Virus record (IMG/VR): IMGVR_UViG_3300027861_000010
Length of the DNA: 64,000 bases
Reading direction: 5' to 3' (one strand)
Origin: a virus
Part shown: positions 39,063 to 47,386 of the stretch, piece after piece
How positions within the stretch are numbered: the first letter of the stretch is position 1
How the letters are laid out: every line of letters begins with the position of its first letter
Translations under genes and position numbers: made by a program
Notes under the pieces: generated by a model
Databases searched by the model: none
Seen by the model: the letters and a program-made list of their open reading frames with translations, nothing else
Told to the model about the DNA's origin: nothing

Positions 39063-39402
39063 GTTCACCATCTTCATCGACGATGACGGGATGACTCAAG
39101 GTTTGAAGAGTCCCGTCACCGAAGCCCTCGGTCTGCGTGAGCGTAAACGGGTGAGTCACGTAGAACCTGTGAACCGGGTTCTGCGTTGGCTCTTCCACTT
39201 CATCCGTAGCCGAGTTGCGGATGATTCCAGAGTGGCGGGCTTTACCCGCCGCTGGCCTGTCAAATGGCAGGCCAATCTTTTCGAGGGACCAACCCTGGGA
39301 CCTTTTAATGTGCGACAGGAAGCAATTGATGCCGAAGTCGCGTGGATCAATGAAACCTTTGAAGAAGGAATGAGAACGAATGAGCAAGTTGACATTGGTT
39401 GA
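39055..39402 (+). CDS. Hypothetical protein
   Basis: Start ATG 39055; RKRVSHVEP...W.A.L..GPTLGPF..RQEAIDAEVAW. Confidence 0.6.
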   Translation: MDKFTIFIDDDGMTQGLKSPVTEALGLRERKRVSHVEPVNRVLRWLFHFIRSRVADDSRVAGFTRRWPVKWQANLFEGPTLGPFNVRQEAIDAEVAWINETFEEGMRTNEQVDIG

Positions 39403-39865
39403 AGCGGAAGCGTTGTCTCGATTGGCTGGCAAACTGGTTGACGCCGCCAAGAAGGACGGCAAGAAAATGTCGCCCGGCAACTACACCTACGACTTCACTG
39501 TCAAGTGTGATGGCAGTATCGGTCGTGGCGACACGACGAAGGTCACTCCGCAGTTCAAGATCGAGAGCCTGCTCAAGGCTGTCATCTTGCTGTACGCCTC
39601 GGAGCTGGGGGAAGAGGAAGGCCTGGAGTGGCTTGAGGCTGTGATGGATGCTGACGGTGTGGCCGGTGCTGTGGTTCAGCTCGGTTCGTCCGCAGCTCTC
39701 AGCAAGGTGGATGACAAGTTCACCGCTGTCTTCGAGCGGGCAGCCAAGGCCCTGAAAGAGAAGCACACCAAGACGGCTACCAAGGTGGATCGTGCCGGTA
39801 ACACCAGCGTGGTCGGTGCTGTCGAGAAGGTGCCGAACTACGAAGGCGATCTCGCCGGTCGGTAA
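39380..39865 (+). CDS. Hypothetical protein
   Basis: 161 aa, overlaps the previous stop. Confidence 0.65.
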   Translation: MSKLTLVEAEALSRLAGKLVDAAKKDGKKMSPGNYTYDFTVKCDGSIGRGDTTKVTPQFKIESLLKAVILLYASELGEEEGLEWLEAVMDADGVAGAVVQLGSSAALSKVDDKFTAVFERAAKALKEKHTKTATKVDRAGNTSVVGAVEKVPNYEGDLAGR

Positions 39866-39888
39866 CATAAATGTTACCAACCTCCAGT

Positions 39889-39919
39889 ACCCTGCACCCT
39901 TCGGGGTGCGGGGTTTTTT
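39889..39919 (+). terminator. Rho-independent terminator
   Basis: ACCCTGCACCC-TTCG-GGGTGCGGGGT followed by a T-tract. Confidence 0.85.
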
Positions 39920-39948
39920 GTTTCGATCAACACACAAGGAATTAGACA

Positions 39949-40833
39949 ATGGGATGCGACATCCACGAGCATTACGAAGTCAAGAACGAGGCGGGCAAAT
40001 GGGAACGACTGATCACTCGACGTGAAGAGTTGCGTGATTCACTGTACGGCCACAACAGTGACCAGGAAGACGAGCACCGCACACAGGAAGAATGGGACGC
40101 GATGCTGAACGAGATGTGGGAACAGCCTCTGTACATCAGACGCAACTACGGCCTGTTCGCCATCTTGGCCGACGTTCGCAACGGTCGCGGCTTTGCTGGC
40201 ATTCCGACCGGCAGCGGGTTCGAGCCAATCTCCGAGCCGCGTGGACTTCCTGATGGCTTGTCTCAGGAAGTGCTGAAAGAGAACGCTACCAGTCATGACC
40301 CTGATGACGAGTCCTACGAAGAGTGGACACAGCAGGCAAGGTCTTGGGTAGATAAGGGTTACTCCACGATCTTGCAGGAAGAGCCGCTGCTGGTGTCTTG
40401 TCGGGACTGGCACTCTCACTCCTGGTACACGCTCAAGGAGCTGCTGGATTACGACTGGGATGCCAAGACCACGACTCGTCGCGGCGTCGTCTGTCAATCG
40501 GCTTACGCCACCTGGGACCGGGACAAGCCTGGGTTCCCCGACAGTATGTCCCGCATGGTGTCCGGTGCCTTCGTCGAACACATCTCTGAAGAAGAGATGC
40601 AGCGACGTATCAAAGAAGGTCTGCCGGATGCGGAGACAGCCAAAAGAGAGGTGAACGGCGAAGAGATGGAGGGCAATGTCCGTTTCTTCTGCGAAGTCAA
40701 CTTCGAGATGCGTTACAGCGACTGCTGTCGTCACTTCGTTGACAAATCGTTGCCATTTCTCAAGCAGTACGCTGACGAGCACCTCGGTGGTGACTACGAG
40801 CGTCTGCGTTTCGTGTTCTGGTTCGACAACTAA
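39949..40833 (+). CDS. Conserved hypothetical phage protein
   Basis: MGCDIH...RNYGLFAILADVRNG...EPRGLP...HSHSWYTLKEL...RFVFWFDN, a family common in phages. Confidence 0.75.
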   Translation: MGCDIHEHYEVKNEAGKWERLITRREELRDSLYGHNSDQEDEHRTQEEWDAMLNEMWEQPLYIRRNYGLFAILADVRNGRGFAGIPTGSGFEPISEPRGLPDGLSQEVLKENATSHDPDDESYEEWTQQARSWVDKGYSTILQEEPLLVSCRDWHSHSWYTLKELLDYDWDAKTTTRRGVVCQSAYATWDRDKPGFPDSMSRMVSGAFVEHISEEEMQRRIKEGLPDAETAKREVNGEEMEGNVRFFCEVNFEMRYSDCCRHFVDKSLPFLKQYADEHLGGDYERLRFVFWFDN

Positions 40834-40842
40834 GGAGAAGCC

Positions 40843-41181
40843 ATGCTTCCTGCAGACGTTTCAAGATGCCGAGGCGAGCACTGCTCTGTCAGGGAGCACT
40901 GCATCCGGTACACCACACCACCAGTCCCTGACCATCCGTGGCAGGTATGGATGGAAAGTCCGCACACTGCTGAATCTGAAGTGGAGTGCGGGTTGTTCAT
41001 GTACGACCTGAAGCCTGGTGATCGGGCGAAGTTTTTTCACCCCGGCACCGTAGGTGTTATGCATCCTGCTGTTGTGTTGAAAGTGATCGACAATGGGCGG
41101 GTTCAAGTTCGCTTCGACACGCCCCATCCAACCAACGGTCGCCGGATCTTTGAAGTTCCACCGAACCACAATCCGGAGTAG
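40843..41181 (+). CDS. Hypothetical protein with N-terminal Cys cluster
   Basis: DVSRCRGEHC...HCIRY; AAGGAG RBS. Confidence 0.6.
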   Translation: MLPADVSRCRGEHCSVREHCIRYTTPPVPDHPWQVWMESPHTAESEVECGLFMYDLKPGDRAKFFHPGTVGVMHPAVVLKVIDNGRVQVRFDTPHPTNGRRIFEVPPNHNPE

Positions 41182-41183
41182 CC

Positions 41184-41660
41184 ATGGGAATGCAAAACCT
41201 GACGCCCGACCAACGGGCGATGCCGAAGAACATCATCAAACAGGCTTTCCAGGAGATTCCTGAGAGTTGTCATCGCATACGTTCGATCCTCACTGAGGCG
41301 ACAACGGCTATCATGAATGACCTCAACATCCCCCTGGAAGATCACCCCACGATCGACGCCGCGATGAGTCACGCATTTCAGAGGATACGGGACGAGGTAT
41401 CTCACCCGTTCCGTACCCGACAGATGCAACTTCTCAAGAAAGTCTTGCGACCGAAGGCGTCACGAAAGTGGGTAAATCAACCATCCACACTTCAGCCCTA
41501 CCACAAGTTCCACGGCATGGAAGTCGTCGCCATTCAGATTGACGACAAAACCAGCCAGGTGTACTTCAACTCAAGTAGTTGGGTGGGCATGGAGATGGAC
41601 AACCTCGCGTTGTCAGATGGTTGGCCCAAAACCAATACCAATACCTGGCCTGGAGAATAA
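41184..41660 (+). CDS. Hypothetical protein
   Basis: 158-aa ORF in a packed operon. Confidence 0.6.
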   Translation: MGMQNLTPDQRAMPKNIIKQAFQEIPESCHRIRSILTEATTAIMNDLNIPLEDHPTIDAAMSHAFQRIRDEVSHPFRTRQMQLLKKVLRPKASRKWVNQPSTLQPYHKFHGMEVVAIQIDDKTSQVYFNSSSWVGMEMDNLALSDGWPKTNTNTWPGE

Positions 41661-41664
41661 AATC

Positions 41665-41889
41665 ATGGTTCAAGTGAAACCCTGTCCTCCTAAGATGATT
41701 GAGGAGATGAAGAAGGCGTACAAACGCAATCCGATTCAACACTTCGTTATCTGGGACACAACGTACTACCTCAATGAGGAGGGAAGTTGTCAGGTGATTG
41801 ACCACCTCAAATTCCGGAATTTAAGGCGATGCGACGGATACGATCCAGAACGATACGAGACGCTCGCCTTCATTGGAGACCCCCCGTAA
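41665..41889 (+). CDS. Hypothetical protein
   Basis: ATG 41665 after GGAG. Confidence 0.5.
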   Translation: MVQVKPCPPKMIEEMKKAYKRNPIQHFVIWDTTYYLNEEGSCQVIDHLKFRNLRRCDGYDPERYETLAFIGDPP

Positions 41890-42221
41890 TGAAAATCGCA
41901 GACTGGCTGGCCTTGGACAACAAGGCTGACACAGGCGGCTTCCGAAACCGCCTACCTCGCCGACAAGCAAGACGTCCACTCCACACCATGCCTCGTGGAC
42001 CTGGGTTCTTGTGGGATCCGAAAGAAGTAGGTGAGGCACGGAAGCGGGTAGCGGCGAAGACATTCCTTCGTCGTAACTCAACCGTGCCGCCCGTCGACAT
42101 TCGTGACGTTTCAACGCCAGTGCTTGTCACGCTGTGCCAGACGGTACAGGAGCTGATCCTGCACCAGAAAACCCTCAACAAACAGAAAGATCCACATGCA
42201 GAAACTGCCAGTTTGGACTAA
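41889..42221 (+). CDS. Hypothetical basic protein
   Basis: ATG overlaps the previous TAA. Confidence 0.5.
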   Translation: MKIADWLALDNKADTGGFRNRLPRRQARRPLHTMPRGPGFLWDPKEVGEARKRVAAKTFLRRNSTVPPVDIRDVSTPVLVTLCQTVQELILHQKTLNKQKDPHAETASLD

Positions 42222-42531
42222 GGCCTACCGGCCATTCATGCTGGGCGGCAACGTTAACGCCCCTATCGCCACTGAAGTTGAAGTGGGCGAAGCTACCGAG
42301 TTGGCTCCAGGCATTAGCGTTCATGTTGTGGTTTCTCCTACCGGGACCACTCACGTCGCTGAAGCTACAACCGGTGCGTTCGTCGGAACTGATATTGAGC
42401 AGGTCCGTAAAGACGTTCAGGATGCTGATCCGGAAATTATCAAGGATCAACTGAAAAAGGCAAAGGCGGAACTCGACGGCGTTGATCACCTCGATCCAGC
42501 TGTATTTTGGGGGCTATTCAAAAATGAGTAA
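42196..42531 (+). CDS. Hypothetical protein
   Basis: 111-aa ORF in operon. Confidence 0.55.
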   Translation: MQKLPVWTKAYRPFMLGGNVNAPIATEVEVGEATELAPGISVHVVVSPTGTTHVAEATTGAFVGTDIEQVRKDVQDADPEIIKDQLKKAKAELDGVDHLDPAVFWGLFKNE

Positions 42532-42775
42532 CAAAGTCCTTCCGACTGTTGATCCCGGGCACAACATCAGTGCCACAACTGGAATCGCCAATCGTGTTGG
42601 CGACTACCGCGGTCCTGTGAAGAACCACGCACCAAATCCGGGAGGATACTGGTGGGGCCAAGTGCTCACGCTATACGGCTGGAGCCACATCCAAGAGATT
42701 GGGCGAGAGAAGACCGAAAAGAAAATGCTCGAGTTAGGAGCCAAACCCTGTGAGAACAAACCCCCTAGCAACTGA
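42524..42775 (+). CDS. Hypothetical protein
   Basis: ATG 42524 overlapping the previous gene end. Confidence 0.5.
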   Translation: MSNKVLPTVDPGHNISATTGIANRVGDYRGPVKNHAPNPGGYWWGQVLTLYGWSHIQEIGREKTEKKMLELGAKPCENKPPSN

Positions 42776-42956
42776 CACCTGCTGCCCACATCGCGACACT
42801 CCTCGATCAAATCCCTGCCGTGGCGACTTGGTTCGTCCGGACGATGGTGCTGATCGAATCAGTGAGCGGCTGGGTCGTATCGTGTTGGTCTGTCTCAAGT
42901 GTGGACAGCGATGGAGCTGCTCCACTTCCGAAGGTGAATACAAACGAAAGGTTTAA
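42750..42956 (+). CDS. Possible small zinc-binding protein
   Basis: CCPH...CLKCG pattern; fills the operon gap. Confidence 0.4.
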   Translation: MRTNPLATDTCCPHRDTPRSNPCRGDLVRPDDGADRISERLGRIVLVCLKCGQRWSCSTSEGEYKRKV

Positions 42957-42957
42957 G

Positions 42958-43584
42958 ATGGGAATCGACGCCTACTACAACGGCGGCAACAATTGTGAAA
43001 ACCAAGAGATCCCTCCGTTTCAAAGCGGTGGGATCTTTTTTGTTATGCGTGTAGGCACTGCACACAAGTCAGTCGACAAGCCCACCTGCGGCATCAGCAA
43101 GACATACATCGTCCCTGGTGAATCAGAGCAGCAAGCTGCCAAGGCATTCCTTCAGTGGTGCCGTGCAGTTGTCGACGACGTCCGCAGCAACATGCAGAAA
43201 CATGACCTCGATGAGGTTACATGGTTGATCGAAGTTGACGCATTCAATCCTCAGGCTAAAGAAGCCAAGAAGATTCAGAAAGAGATCGAGGAGATCGAGA
43301 AAAAGCTCGACACCGATTACGTCTCAGACGGCTGGTGGCACTCTCGCCTCAACCGACTGCGAAAGCGAAAGAAAGAACTGCTCACACCAGAGACCGAAGT
43401 TGAATCTCGATTTGAGCAAATCGTAAGTCCTGTTCGCGAACTGATCAGTTGGCTTGAGCAGGGCTGGTACGAGATCGAACCGGTCCCAACTGACCGGCCT
43501 ACTACCGTCTCTTACTTTGACGATTGGCGTGGGTTCACTTCTTACATGAGAGCCGAGGATCCAGATGGAACAACTATTACGTGA
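42958..43584 (+). CDS. Hypothetical protein
   Basis: Start refined to ATG 42958. Confidence 0.6.
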   Translation: MGIDAYYNGGNNCENQEIPPFQSGGIFFVMRVGTAHKSVDKPTCGISKTYIVPGESEQQAAKAFLQWCRAVVDDVRSNMQKHDLDEVTWLIEVDAFNPQAKEAKKIQKEIEEIEKKLDTDYVSDGWWHSRLNRLRKRKKELLTPETEVESRFEQIVSPVRELISWLEQGWYEIEPVPTDRPTTVSYFDDWRGFTSYMRAEDPDGTTIT

Positions 43585-43673
43585 AATGAAAGCGTATGTG
43601 GAACCATGCCACACGATGGTTCCGAAGGGCGTTTTGAAAGACTGGATCGAACGGCTAACAAAGGCAATAGAAA

Positions 43674-43862
43674 ATGAGGACGATCAAAAACCCAAACCAA
43701 CGAGTCAAGTGCCCTAAATGCAACGCAGAGCTGGAGATCGAACGCGACGACATTCGGCTGGACGACACCGGGATGTACCCCGCGTTCCACGTTCTCTGCC
43801 CACATTGCAGTAAGGCAATTGACGTCTCGCAGGAAGCCAAAGTGTTAGGAGCATCCGCATGA
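43674..43862 (+). CDS. Zinc-ribbon protein
   Basis: KCPKC...LCPHC. Confidence 0.65.
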   Translation: MRTIKNPNQRVKCPKCNAELEIERDDIRLDDTGMYPAFHVLCPHCSKAIDVSQEAKVLGASA

Positions 43863-44116
43863 AGTACGTCAAAGGCTGGGTGGCCTGCATTGAGAACAAA
43901 GACAAGTCACGGTTTCCGAACGGTAGCTTGTACTTGTACTCAGAGCCGCACCCCACAGAGCAGCAGGCCCACGACTGGGTCTGGGCTCACGATTCAATTA
44001 CGAAGGGCGGCGTCACACTTCTGAGAATGGAGTGCAACGACGTTCCCGAGGGGCGACTTGTGCAGCCTCTCGATCGCAAAAAATACGAAGCCCTATCGAG
44101 AAAAGGAGGTAGTTGA
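43859..44116 (+). CDS. Hypothetical protein
   Basis: 85 aa, ATGA coupling. Confidence 0.55.
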   Translation: MKYVKGWVACIENKDKSRFPNGSLYLYSEPHPTEQQAHDWVWAHDSITKGGVTLLRMECNDVPEGRLVQPLDRKKYEALSRKGGS

Positions 44117-44502
44117 TGTTTCTTGATATCTGGGTTCACCACCATCGTCACGGCTTCGACACTTACGACATGTTCCGACCAGAAGATGAACCTGTCCATA
44201 CCGTTGAGGAAGTGATCGAAGCTAATGACATTGATTTCGAGACGGATCGTGAAGACGAGTATATCGAAGTACGCCTCACGTCAATCGAAGTCCCATCCAA
44301 CTTCACGCCCAGCGAGCTTGGTGACCTGCAGTTTGCTATGCGAGCTCAGCGTAACCGCCTCGACCGGGCCATTTTCAAGAAAGATGCGGCTAGTAGCAAG
44401 CACTTCGCTGCCAACAGCAAGAAGTTCAAACGCTACGAGAAGCTGCTTAACAAACTCAAGAAACAGGAGAAACTCTGTGTCAGTCCAAAAGAAAACGTTT
44501 GA
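44113..44502 (+). CDS. Hypothetical protein
   Basis: AAGGAGG RBS; acidic N-terminus and basic C-terminus. Confidence 0.6.
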   Translation: MMFLDIWVHHHRHGFDTYDMFRPEDEPVHTVEEVIEANDIDFETDREDEYIEVRLTSIEVPSNFTPSELGDLQFAMRAQRNRLDRAIFKKDAASSKHFAANSKKFKRYEKLLNKLKKQEKLCVSPKENV

Positions 44503-44887
44503 GGAAGTCGACAAGCTCGTCGGCGACCCTAAGACCAAGAAGCACAACGAAGCAATCGTCTTCATTGGTACCGGAGGCGATCTCAACGAGTGGGTCGACG
44601 GCATCACTGGAATGCTAACAGATGAGTCAATCATGACTCCTGGTGACGAGTGGTACCACATGACCACAACCGGTGGCCGACACGAGTTGGTGATGCCGTT
44701 ACCCGCAGAGGGTGTCGACCTTGGCAAGATGGCCGTCTGGAAGTTCAAGTTCGGTGACTGCTCATGGTGGAGCGACTACCGCGTTAATTACTATGGTCAG
44801 CATGGAGCTGAACGGCCTGTCGAGGCAAACGACCAGGACGAGATTGACGAGTACGAAGAAGAGTCTGGAGTGACGTATGAGTGCTGA
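44477..44887 (+). CDS. Hypothetical phage protein
   Basis: GTG 44477 after AGGAG; GGDLNEWVDGI...TTTGGRHEL...WWSDY. Confidence 0.6.
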   Translation: MSVQKKTFEEVDKLVGDPKTKKHNEAIVFIGTGGDLNEWVDGITGMLTDESIMTPGDEWYHMTTTGGRHELVMPLPAEGVDLGKMAVWKFKFGDCSWWSDYRVNYYGQHGAERPVEANDQDEIDEYEEESGVTYEC

Positions 44888-45287
44888 CTACGAACGCGTC
44901 GTACCTCGCGATCTCTTCCGCGAGAGCTTGTTGTTGAAGTGTCTCGGCAGGCTTTGTTTGTTGATTCACGACGGGAAACTTCCTTGGTTGAAGTTCTACC
45001 ATAATTCTGAGTTCAACACTGAACTAGAATTCAAAGGCTTTGAAATCTCTTGTCGAGATTCAGATGGCGGACTGGAGTGTTGTACTGTCAAGTTCTATCC
45101 AGCAAACACACCAGAAGACTCCGAAATGTGGCAATACGAGCTGGATATCTATACCGGCTTGGCCCGTCAAGGCGATCACTGGCCTCTCCACTTCACTGAC
45201 GAAGGTGAAGAGATCGAGGTCTTCGACAACGAAGGCAATATCACGTCTGAATTTCAGGAGGCAGTCACATGCGAAAGTTCCAAGTGA
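44877..45287 (+). CDS. Hypothetical phage protein
   Basis: YERVVPRDLFRESLLLKCLGRL; coupled. Confidence 0.6.
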   Translation: MSADYERVVPRDLFRESLLLKCLGRLCLLIHDGKLPWLKFYHNSEFNTELEFKGFEISCRDSDGGLECCTVKFYPANTPEDSEMWQYELDIYTGLARQGDHWPLHFTDEGEEIEVFDNEGNITSEFQEAVTCESSK

Positions 45288-45646
45288 CTCTGGCTGACAA
45301 CAACCCAGAGTTCAACACGAAGATTCCGATCGCCGTCTCGGTAGGTCAGAACTTCATTCAGTTCGAGGCCGAAGGCTTCAATGCCTGCGGTGCTGCGGAC
45401 GAGCAACCGATTGGTGACGGCAACCGATCAATTGTTGCGTTCGAGATCTGGGAAGGCCGACTGCGTTTGCTGGTCTGGGCTGACATCAACCAGGAAGATC
45501 CGACGCATACCATCGACCTCGAAGAGGCTCGAACTTCCAACCGCGATTGCTATTACTGTGGCGGTAACTGTCATCGAGACCCTGAACACGCTTGTGACGG
45601 GTACCTCGGTGACATCGACAATCTTTACAAAAAGGAAAAGAAATGA
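45269..45646 (+). CDS. Hypothetical protein with Cys-rich tail
   Basis: CYYCGGNC...HACDG; stop overlaps the RAMP gene start. Confidence 0.6.
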   Translation: MRKFQVTLADNNPEFNTKIPIAVSVGQNFIQFEAEGFNACGAADEQPIGDGNRSIVAFEIWEGRLRLLVWADINQEDPTHTIDLEEARTSNRDCYYCGGNCHRDPEHACDGYLGDIDNLYKKEKK

Positions 45647-46296
45647 AAAACATCAAAATCCAAGTAACTGGACTGACTCCACTACTGATGAACGCCTTCA
45701 AAGGCGACGACAACAACGGATCATCCAAGTCCTCGGCTGCTAAGGATTATGGCACTCCGTTGCAGCAAGCACAGGAGAAGCTGTACATCGGAACGGATGG
45801 CGAAACGCTCGTTATCCCGCAACCGAACATCTTCAGTTGCATCATTGAAGGCGGCAAGTTCTTTAAGAACGGGAAGTCAAAGGTCACGACCATGAAGACC
45901 TCGCTGATTCCCTCGTGCGTTTTCTTCCACGACATCGAGTACCCGCTGGAGTACAACGGCGTAGTAGGGGTGTGGACGACGGCGTTACCGGATCCAAGCT
46001 GCTGGTCGGTTGATAGCAGGCCGATTCGCAACCCTTCAACAGGCGGTCGAATTATGCGTCACCGCCCGATCATTCACGATTGGCGATTCACGTTCGCCGT
46101 TACTCTCGATACCGATGAAATGGCGGTTAGTTTGTTCCGTGACATTGTTGACGCTGCGGGCAGTAAGATCGGACTCGGCGACTTCCGTCCTGGCTGCAAA
46201 GGCTCATTCGGTCGTTGGAAAGTCACCAGTTGGGTCGTTACTGATGAAGAAGAAGAACAAGAAGTAGACGAGGAGGAAGAACTCCTCGAAGTCTGA
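45643..46296 (+). CDS. Stand-alone RAMP / Cas7-like RNA-binding protein
   Basis: RAMP hallmarks: beta1 IKIQVTGLTPLLM, LVIPQPNIFSCIIEGG helix motif, thumb RPIRNPSTGGRIMRHRP, WRFTFAV strand and Gly-rich loop IGLGDFRPGCKGSFGRWKV. Acidic tail. No other cas gene seen in the window. Confidence 0.75.
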   Translation: MKNIKIQVTGLTPLLMNAFKGDDNNGSSKSSAAKDYGTPLQQAQEKLYIGTDGETLVIPQPNIFSCIIEGGKFFKNGKSKVTTMKTSLIPSCVFFHDIEYPLEYNGVVGVWTTALPDPSCWSVDSRPIRNPSTGGRIMRHRPIIHDWRFTFAVTLDTDEMAVSLFRDIVDAAGSKIGLGDFRPGCKGSFGRWKVTSWVVTDEEEEQEVDEEEELLEV

Positions 46297-46307
46297 TTCC
46301 ATTTCAT

Positions 46308-46920
46308 GGAGCGGCTGCGTGTCGCAAGGCTGTGCCAGCTTAGGTCGGGCTTGGCGGGGTCAGGCAGGGTGCGGCAAGGCAAGGTTCCCGTCGTCATCAG
46401 AAATGGTGGCGACGGGCTTCCCGTGGTGGGGCGAGCTTAGGTATGGCAATGCCAGGCAGGGCGGTGCAAGGTACGGCAAGGCAAGGTTCCCGTCGTCATC
46501 AGAAATGGTGGCGGTGGGCTTCTCACGGTCAGGCACTGCTAGGTCGGGCGGGGCGGGGCGTGGCACGTCCGGGTGTGGTTAGGCAAGGCAAGGTTCCCGT
46601 CGTCATCAGAAATGGTGGCGGCGGGCTTTTACGCGGCGAGGCGAGGCGTGGCCGGGCGAGGCATGGCCGGGAGCGGCAATGCAGGGTGCGGCAAGGCAAG
46701 GTTCCCGTCGTCATCAGAAATGGTGGCGGCGGGCTTCTCAGGGCGAGGCGGGGCGACGCTCGGCATGGCTATGCCTGGCCGTGCTCGGCGTGGCTAGGAG
46801 CGGCAAGGCAAGGTTCCCGTCGTCATCAGAAATGGTGGCGGCGGGCTTTTACGCGGCGAGGCGAGGCCATGCAAGGCAGGGCGATGCAAGGTACGGCATG
46901 GAGTGGCGAGGTTTTTATTT
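46308..46920 (+). repeat. Guide-RNA-like array: five 30-nt hairpin repeats separated by GGY-NN pentamer tracts
   Basis: Hairpin CCCGTCGTCATC-AGAAAT-GGTGGCGRYGGG at 46387, 46489, 46596, 46704 and 46816, each preceded by GGCAAGGCAAGGTT. Periods are 102/107/108/112. Six tracts of 15, 12, 13, 13, 14 and 11 pentamers; ends in GGTTTTTATTT. Confidence 0.92.
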
Positions 46921-46951
46921 ACACAGGAGAAAAAAGAATGGAGGAACAAAG

Positions 46952-47386
46952 ATGTCAACGTCAAGACACCTGATTGATGCGGCGGAGTTGTTTGTGTCGA
47001 TGCCGGTTACGGTGTTGGCTCAAGCCGTCGAAGCACTGGGGTACGAGAACCCGCAGTACGAGATGTCGCGTGTGCTTTCACTTCAGCAGGCACTGAAGCA
47101 GGACTTCGAGAGTCGGAACAACATGGCTCCCGACCTGGCCGAAGCCCTCTACAACCTGGCTGACGAAGCTTACGCCAACGAAGACGACATGCAGACGAAC
47201 GTCGATCCACTTGAGATGCCGTTCGACATGTCCGAAGCAGACGAAGGTACCTGGGCTCATGCGTGGGTTTGGGTGCCTAACGATGAACTCGAAAAGGAGG
47301 TCTGGCGGATTCAGGAGGAACGGCGACAACAGAAACTTCGAGAGAAGGAGAAACCTAGTGGCTATAGACTGGGACGACGAATTTGA
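46952..47386 (+). CDS. Hypothetical protein
   Basis: ATG 46952 after GGAGGA; the upstream extension in the ORF track is array sequence. Confidence 0.65.
   Translation: MSTSRHLIDAAELFVSMPVTVLAQAVEALGYENPQYEMSRVLSLQQALKQDFESRNNMAPDLAEALYNLADEAYANEDDMQTNVDPLEMPFDMSEADEGTWAHAWVWVPNDELEKEVWRIQEERRQQKLREKEKPSGYRLGRRI

Noticed and set aside
46375-46850. Canonical CRISPR array call
   Set aside because: The spacers are not free sequence but constrained pentamer tracts of 72-82 nt including linkers, and no cas1/cas2/cas6 or interference genes are visible. Reported instead as a distinct guide-like array.
46319-46973. ORFs across the array (ARQG/GRA-rich peptides)
   Set aside because: Translations of the GGY-NN pentamers and hairpins. 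The 5-nt period and G-U-type variation argue for an RNA-level function.
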